IMG/VR virus record: IMGVR_UViG_3300030450_000412
Coordinates: 1-31,632 of that record
Source of the DNA: a virus
Taxonomy: Duplodnaviria > Caudoviricetes
Length of the DNA stretch: 31,632 bases
Direction: 5' to 3' (one strand)
Part shown: piece by piece, positions 26,892 to 31,632 of the stretch
Numbering within the stretch: position 1 is the first letter of the stretch
How the letters are laid out: the number at the start of each line of letters is the position of its first letter
Program-made: the position numbers and the translations under genes
Notes under the pieces: model-generated
What the model was told of the DNA's origin: nothing
Seen by the model: only the letters and a program-made list of their open reading frames with translations
Database searches by the model: none

Positions 26892-27407
26892 CCGCAAGGC
26901 TCCTTGCACTTGCTCTGCTTTCATCTTCTTCATTTCTTCCGCCCTTATACTTATATTACCATCATAAGCTTCAATGGTATAAATATTGTTCTTCTTTTCT
27001 ACAATGGGTCTATACAATACCGCCATCAATTCAGCCATGTTCTTATCAACTCCATTCTTAATGAACGTTTCTATGTCTGCATATTCACCAAGAGTAATTG
27101 AATCTAAATCAGGATGAAATCCATACTCTTTTCCATCCACTTCAATTATCTTTCTCAAAGAACTTTCTGCTCCCTTTTGCGCATCACTTATTCTTTCTAA
27201 TATAATTGCAATATCTTTTATTTCCAGCTTTTTGATCAGCTTTCTCGGAATTGTAGATAGTGCTTTTATAGTTTCTAGCGCTTCTTTTGTCTTTATTTCT
27301 TTTTGGAATCCAATTAGTTTAGCCCAAGTTTCTAGAGTAACATCTGACCAACTGCTAATTAATTTAAATTCCTTTACTTCACCATCCTGCTTAATTTTTA
27401 CTTTCAT
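26766..27407 (-). CDS. Tail assembly chaperone (gpG-like)
   Basis: SWSDVTLE, YGFHPDLDSITLGEYADIE and MAVLYRP motifs; slippery FFF. Confidence 0.7.
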   Translation of the reverse strand: MKVKIKQDGEVKEFKLISSWSDVTLETWAKLIGFQKEIKTKEALETIKALSTIPRKLIKKLEIKDIAIILERISDAQKGAESSLRKIIEVDGKEYGFHPDLDSITLGEYADIETFIKNGVDKNMAELMAVLYRPIVEKKNNIYTIEAYDGNISIRAEEMKKMKAEQVQGALRFFFALGKELLEILPLFLMERMKEMEMELPPNLLQKSGDGSE

Positions 27408-27411
27408 ATAT

Positions 27412-27440
27412 TATATAATAGAAAAAGTTGTTATTTAGTT
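27412..27440 (-). promoter_or_regulatory. Putative phage late promoter for the tail operon
   Basis: AACTAA-N12-TCTATTATATA (one mismatch), 4 nt before the ATG. Confidence 0.7.
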
Positions 27441-27457
27441 TAAAATTTTTATATTTG
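27428..27457 (+). promoter_or_regulatory. Host sigma70 promoter TTG-N19-TATATTTG on the plus strand
   Basis: Exact Flavobacterium-type consensus and spacing. Confidence 0.65.
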
Positions 27458-27460
27458 CCG

Positions 27461-27520
27461 CGGTTTGTTTCATTTTAGTTATAAAAAGGGGGGTTAGTCA
27501 ATTTGGCTGCCCTCTTTTTT
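27461..27520 (+). ncRNA. Candidate antisense small RNA targeting early-gene start regions
   Basis: Promoter, ~22-nt unstructured seed, G:U-rich hairpin and U6 tail; seed complementary to early leaders. Confidence 0.55.
27483..27520 (+). terminator. Intrinsic terminator favouring the plus strand
   Basis: GGGGGGTTAGTCA-att-TGGCTGCCCTCT-TTTTT; several G:U pairs become A:C mismatches on the minus strand. Confidence 0.65.
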
Positions 27521-28829
27521 ATTGCACAAAATACTTTCCAAAATTACTATCCACTTCATAAAACATTCTCATAGCTAAAGCATCTGAATAATCAGGTGAT
27601 CTACCTAATATAGCTTTTACTGTATCTTTTGGAATGACCTGTAATTTATTATCTTTATCAGCATCTTTAGTTCTAACTTGTTCGCATTCTTCTATTATTT
27701 GTTGTTTAACATTAACATCTGAGCAGCTTATTCCTATTTGACCCTTATTAATTAGATCAGCTAACTTATAATAGCATTGTGTTTTTAAGTTTTGATAGTT
27801 CTCATTCTTCAAAGGCCTTGCATTGTTTACAAACCCCTTGCACCTTAAATAATCTTTAACACCACCACCCACTCCATCTTCATCAACTATTATATTTCTT
27901 AAATTAACTTGGTTCTCTTGTTGTAGCTTCTTTACTTCATCCACAACATCATTTACAGCCGATTTAAGCAACGTTCTTATATGTCTAAGGTGTAACCCCT
28001 GCCAAAGCATTATAACTGTCTTATCACTACCAAAACGAGCCACATCACATGTTATATACTTTTCACCATCTACACCTTGCTGGTTGAACAAACTTATAAT
28101 TGAGTTATAATCTATTAAGCTATCATCTGTTGCATCATATTCCCAATTACCATATAATAATCTTTGTTTGCTCAGTTCATCTAATTCAAATAGCTGTTTC
28201 TCATAATGCTTAGATATATAAGTATTATCACCCACTAAACTTTGTATAAACTTTCTATAAGGTTTTATTGAATTATCTTTTGCTGGTCTGTAATATTCTG
28301 TGTACACCCAATTCTTTGCTGGGTTGCAAGTCATTAGCATTTTAGGAATTAATCCATTTTCATCTAGCTTGTATCTTAATCTTGAAGCAACTACGTTCTT
28401 TGCTTTTTCTGTTATTTGATTTGCTTCATCAATAAAAGCTGATGTAATCTCTAACGAACCTAAGCTATCAAAGTTTCTATCTGATGGATATAAAAACAAA
28501 TCTTTTAGTATTATCTCTGATCCATTGTAAAAGGTTATCACATTACTTGATCCGTTAAAAGTGTAATGCTCTATTGCTTTTAGTTTCCAAGCTGTACAAA
28601 CCTCAAAGAAAGTGTTTAGTGTTGTTTTCTTTAATGCATCCAATTTAGACCTCCCCATTAAATATCTAGTCTTAGGATACTGAGTAGCCATTAGTATTAA
28701 GTAGCTTACACCCACCCAAGACTTACCACCACCTGCTGCTCCTCCAAATAATACTTCTTTTGTTTTGTTATCAAACAAATATCTTAAACACTCTTTTTGT
28801 GTTTTAGTAAATTCAGGATTAATCTCCAA
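27519..28829 (-). CDS. terL: Terminase large subunit
   Basis: Walker A GGAAGGGKS, Walker B AFIDEA, TCNP; nuclease CDVARFGSD, DEDGVG and SPDYSDA. Confidence 0.96.
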   Translation of the reverse strand: MEINPEFTKTQKECLRYLFDNKTKEVLFGGAAGGGKSWVGVSYLILMATQYPKTRYLMGRSKLDALKKTTLNTFFEVCTAWKLKAIEHYTFNGSSNVITFYNGSEIILKDLFLYPSDRNFDSLGSLEITSAFIDEANQITEKAKNVVASRLRYKLDENGLIPKMLMTCNPAKNWVYTEYYRPAKDNSIKPYRKFIQSLVGDNTYISKHYEKQLFELDELSKQRLLYGNWEYDATDDSLIDYNSIISLFNQQGVDGEKYITCDVARFGSDKTVIMLWQGLHLRHIRTLLKSAVNDVVDEVKKLQQENQVNLRNIIVDEDGVGGGVKDYLRCKGFVNNARPLKNENYQNLKTQCYYKLADLINKGQIGISCSDVNVKQQIIEECEQVRTKDADKDNKLQVIPKDTVKAILGRSPDYSDALAMRMFYEVDSNFGKYFVQ

Positions 28830-29163
28830 GATTGATGTTAATTTTGATAGGTTCGTTATCAGATGTAATATCTAATTCACTCTTCTCTACATAACCTCTT
28901 TTCTTTCCTTTTGTTTTTAAAAAGAATATTGTAGCTGATGTGCTACCATCTCGCATCTGAGAATGCAACTGACTTTCTCCAAAATCAAGAGCTATGTTCT
29001 CAATATCCTTAACTGCTTTAGCAAAATCTTCATCTTCCTTTAACCATTTATAATATGTGCTTCTAGGAACATCCGCTTGTTTACATGCAACTGTTACAAC
29101 CCCCAAGCTCTTTTCTAAAGCCTGTAACATTGATTCCTTTTTTATGTGTCTACTTTTGTCCAT
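28819..29163 (-). CDS. terS: Terminase small subunit-like HTH protein
   Basis: GVVTVACKQADVPRSTYYKW and ATIFFLKTKGKKRGY; immediately upstream of terL. Confidence 0.8.
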   Translation of the reverse strand: MDKSRHIKKESMLQALEKSLGVVTVACKQADVPRSTYYKWLKEDEDFAKAVKDIENIALDFGESQLHSQMRDGSTSATIFFLKTKGKKRGYVEKSELDITSDNEPIKININLGD

Positions 29164-29903
29164 TACATTCCTTTTATTGGTACCTTTAATACAGGATTAA
29201 AATCAAATCCCCTTTTACTGTTTTTATCACGCCTAATCACATCCTTACCCCATTTCTTTTGAAGCGCAAAGAATTGTTGTTTTTCCGTTTCTGAATTTCT
29301 ATACGTAGAACACCCTCCAATCTGTTCAGCTTGTTTAACCATATAGTGAGCATAGTTAACCCTCAAACAACCCCCATGCTTTTGTATGTGCTGTAATGTT
29401 AAATCATAATCTTCTTTTAATGGTAAGCTTTCATCATATCTTATTCTGCTGTTTTTAAGATGCGCCTGAAAGGGTCCTCCTATATACGAAAGAAAGCTAA
29501 TGGGGATATACTCTTTATATGCTTTTTTATCTTCTATTATATTGCATCCCCAAAACTTAAAATCCAGCTCTTTAGCAAGAATAGTGTTCATTATGCAAAA
29601 CTTTTCTAGTTGATCCTGATCAAACTTTATTCTTTTTTGATTTTCCCATCTTCCTATATATTTACAATCATCATCTATAATAACAATACAATCTGCATCA
29701 TCATAAAGATTATCAAGTATCCAATTCCTTACCCTGCACAAATTTCCCTGCACATTATCAGGGCAAACAACAATATCATTTCCATTTTTTATATAATCAT
29801 CTGCTTCACTTTCTTTTACAACCAATTTAACAAGAGGATATTTTTTTTGCGTTGTACTTTTCTCAGGTCTTTTATATGATGGAGCAAAAAATTTAACTTT
29901 CAT
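29163..29903 (-). CDS. TAGT/GREB1-related GT-A fold glycosyltransferase, allele B
   Basis: PSYKR, RNWILD, IIDDD (DxD), KEDYD and GGC motifs. Confidence 0.8.
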   Translation of the reverse strand: MKVKFFAPSYKRPEKSTTQKKYPLVKLVVKESEADDYIKNGNDIVVCPDNVQGNLCRVRNWILDNLYDDADCIVIIDDDCKYIGRWENQKRIKFDQDQLEKFCIMNTILAKELDFKFWGCNIIEDKKAYKEYIPISFLSYIGGPFQAHLKNSRIRYDESLPLKEDYDLTLQHIQKHGGCLRVNYAHYMVKQAEQIGGCSTYRNSETEKQQFFALQKKWGKDVIRRDKNSKRGFDFNPVLKVPIKGM

Positions 29904-30507
29904 TACGCATTGTTTTTATTGCACTAATCCCATCTAAAACCCTACCTACACCTGTACGAAAATGCTTACCTGCTTGATTTCTTGCAACAACCTTTTCCAA
30001 CTTAAACAGACTGTTTGCATATATCCAATCAATATCCTTTGTAAATTTTAATATAATATAATTACACTCTGAATCAATCTCATTTGCAAAAGGGTTCTCA
30101 CTTTCTGAATTTTCAGGATTTTTTATTTCTTCTATATCATCTTCAGTTAACCACACATCCAATCCCCACTCATTAAGCTTTTTACTATCCCATTCGTTTG
30201 CTAACATATCCCATTCCCAATCACCAAAACCTACATTATCTTTTACTACAAACTCCTGCTTCTGTTCTTCTGATAATCCTGTTGCAACATCTATCCATAC
30301 TTCTGTTAAACCAGCTTCTTTACTTGCTCTTAATCTCATGTTACCCCCAAGTACCATCATATTTTCATCAACAACTATTGGTCTTAACTCTAACATCTCA
30401 GGAAAATCTTTAATTGATTGAACTAATTTTTTAAACTTATCGTTCTTGATAACTCTTGGATTATTAGGATTCCCTTTTATTTTGCTTATGCTTACTTGTT
30501 CTTTCAT
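29893..30507 (-). CDS. parB: ParB/Srx-like N-terminal domain protein, allele B
   Basis: First ~115 aa nearly identical to 482..1075; C-terminus diverged. Confidence 0.9.
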   Translation of the reverse strand: MKEQVSISKIKGNPNNPRVIKNDKFKKLVQSIKDFPEMLELRPIVVDENMMVLGGNMRLRASKEAGLTEVWIDVATGLSEEQKQEFVVKDNVGFGDWEWDMLANEWDSKKLNEWGLDVWLTEDDIEEIKNPENSESENPFANEIDSECNYIILKFTKDIDWIYANSLFKLEKVVARNQAGKHFRTGVGRVLDGISAIKTMRNES

Positions 30508-30509
30508 AA

Positions 30510-30538
30510 TATATAATAGAAATTTTTGTTATTTATTT
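30510..30538 (-). promoter_or_regulatory. Putative phage late promoter
   Basis: AAATAA-N12-TCTATTATATA, 2 nt before the ATG. Confidence 0.75.
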
Positions 30539-30794
30539 AAAAGTCTTCATTTATACCTCTCTCACCAATTAATTTTTCTCTTGCACTATCCCACAAATAA
30601 TCACCTCTTTTCTTTTTGCTTAAAGAAGGTTCTGTTCTCTTTATAGTTGGCATTCCTTCTTCAGGTTCGCTTTCCATAAACTTTCCACATGGACATTCTG
30701 ATCCTTTAGTAACCCAAGCACCATCACGAAAAACAATCACTTGCTTATGTATTTCCTTTTGGTGTTCCCCACATTTACATTTATATAATGCCAT
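30537..30794 (-). CDS. Hypothetical Zn-ribbon-like protein
   Basis: Homolog of 1105..1362. Confidence 0.75.
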   Translation of the reverse strand: MALYKCKCGEHQKEIHKQVIVFRDGAWVTKGSECPCGKFMESEPEEGMPTIKRTEPSLSKKKRGDYLWDSAREKLIGERGINEDF

Positions 30795-31054
30795 TATAAT
30801 CCTGTTCTATCTAAACCCCCTGTTTTTATATCACTATCTTTAAAAATACGATCCAGCTCAAAGTGTAAATGGTTTATTGCTTTGCGTATATCTTGCTCAA
30901 TTGGGTTGCCTTCTTTTTTACCCGCCCTTAGTAAATAAGTAATGGCTGTGCCTAAATTATAATTATCACCTTGAAAATCTTCAACAACTTTTCTTGCTTC
31001 TATTTTATGCTTTTTACCTATGTAATAATGTGGTATTTCTTCCTTTTTTTTCAT
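30794..31054 (-). CDS. DUF3310 family protein
   Basis: PHYY...YNLGTAITYLLRAGKK...DIRKAINHL. Confidence 0.75.
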   Translation of the reverse strand: MKKKEEIPHYYIGKKHKIEARKVVEDFQGDNYNLGTAITYLLRAGKKEGNPIEQDIRKAINHLHFELDRIFKDSDIKTGGLDRTGL

Positions 31055-31452
31055 TGTGTATATTTTTTATATAATTTTTTTATTCCATCAAAACATGCTG
31101 ATAGGCATGAGCCACAATTTGTTCTTGGGCTGTAATTAGTCATAAATATCGTATTATATGTTTCAATCATTCGTTTTTTTGCTGCTTGGTTTTTAGCTTT
31201 ACCTGTTTTTAAATCTTTCCACATATCTAATATTTCATCTATTATCTCTTGTGGTAAATCATCAGGTGTTTCTATCTTAGTTGTTTTCTGCCACTTCCTT
31301 TGACTGCATTCCATTGGGGCGAGCCTGGCTTTGATTTTCATGAAACAACCACAGTCCTTACATGTTCCTGTTGGCTTAAAATAATAAACACATTCCCTGC
31401 ATATAGATATTCTATCTTCATACACATCATTTGGAACAAAAAATTTATTCAT
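31051..31452 (-). CDS. Cys-rich metal-binding protein
   Basis: Homolog of 1812..2213. Confidence 0.75.
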   Translation of the reverse strand: MNKFFVPNDVYEDRISICRECVYYFKPTGTCKDCGCFMKIKARLAPMECSQRKWQKTTKIETPDDLPQEIIDEILDMWKDLKTGKAKNQAAKKRMIETYNTIFMTNYSPRTNCGSCLSACFDGIKKLYKKYTQ

Positions 31453-31632
31453 TTAATTCTTTTTTTAATATTTCCCTAACCTTATCTATTGTGGTGAATA
31501 AACTGTTTCGGCTAATCTTTGTTTTTGCAGCAAGACTATCTAATGTGTTCCCCTCATAATAATACAACTTAAATAACTCCCTATCGTACCAATGAATATC
31601 ATCTAACACTTTATCTATTTCCTCTAGCTTTG
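31445..31632 (-). CDS. Sigma factor C-terminus (partial; not in ORF track)
   Basis: Hand translation KLEEIDKVLDDIHWYDRELFKLYYYEGNTLDSLAAKTKISRNSLFTTIDKVREILKKELNE*. Confidence 0.85.
   Translation of the reverse strand, partial: KLEEIDKVLDDIHWYDRELFKLYYYEGNTLDSLAAKTKISRNSLFTTIDKVREILKKELNE

Larger units (their letters stand above)
1..31632 (-). mobile_element. Tailed phage genome (siphovirus-like, probable Bacteroidota host); one ~29.4 kb unit plus a diverged terminal overlap
   Basis: Terminase, portal, capsid, scaffold, protease, tape measure, lysin, NinG, SSB and replication initiator genes, all co-oriented; no host housekeeping genes. Confidence 0.95.
29430..31632. repeat. Right copy of diverged direct repeat
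   Basis: Homologous gene series to 1..2510, lacking two small genes. Confidence 0.95.

Noticed and set aside
27435-27473. Minus-strand minigene MKQTAANIKILN with an AACTAAAATG leader
   Set aside because: Only 12 codons and runs through two promoters; the plus-strand promoter and terminator explain the sequence better, though it is not fully excluded
27483-27520. Hairpin as the terL terminator on the minus strand
   Set aside because: Several A:C mismatches in that orientation make it weak at best
4549-30843. All plus-strand ORFs in the track (e.g. 17713..18165, 15960..16232, 18898..19167)
   Set aside because: Antisense shadows of Lys/Glu-rich minus-strand genes; Ser/Phe/Leu-rich, no motifs, overlapping real genes
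1-31632. Stop-codon recoding or tRNA genes
   Set aside because: Genes are full length and densely packed under the standard code; no cloverleaf or T-loop motif was seen in the short gaps

Overview
AT-rich tailed-phage (siphovirus-like) DNA, most likely infecting a Bacteroidota/Flavobacteriia host (TAnnTTTG host promoters, A-rich leaders without Shine-Dalgarno motifs, DUF3127 SSB, DUF5675 lysin). All credible protein genes are on the minus strand. The window holds one apparently complete ~29.4 kb genome unit: early genes, recombination/replication, a phage sigma factor, a ParB/glycosyltransferase/terminase block, tail, head and lysis genes. About 2.5 kb at each end is the same region in two diverged versions. 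I recognised no integrase, repressor, DNA polymerase, helicase, tRNA or CRISPR array. Highlights: (1) a candidate ~60-nt plus-strand sRNA at ~27461-27520, with its own host promoter and a strand-specific terminator, complementary to the start regions of several early genes; (2) a bipartite AAATAA-N12-TCTATTATATA late promoter in six copies, probably read by the phage sigma factor; (3) an exchangeable ParB C-terminus + TAGT glycosyltransferase cassette with no recognisable base-hydroxylating partner; (4) a phage DnaA-domain-IV protein and a DnaA-box-like array at the main early promoter; (5) a -1 frameshift in the tail chaperone; (6) many small ORFs missed by the ORF track. All family assignments come from motif recognition by eye, not database searches.
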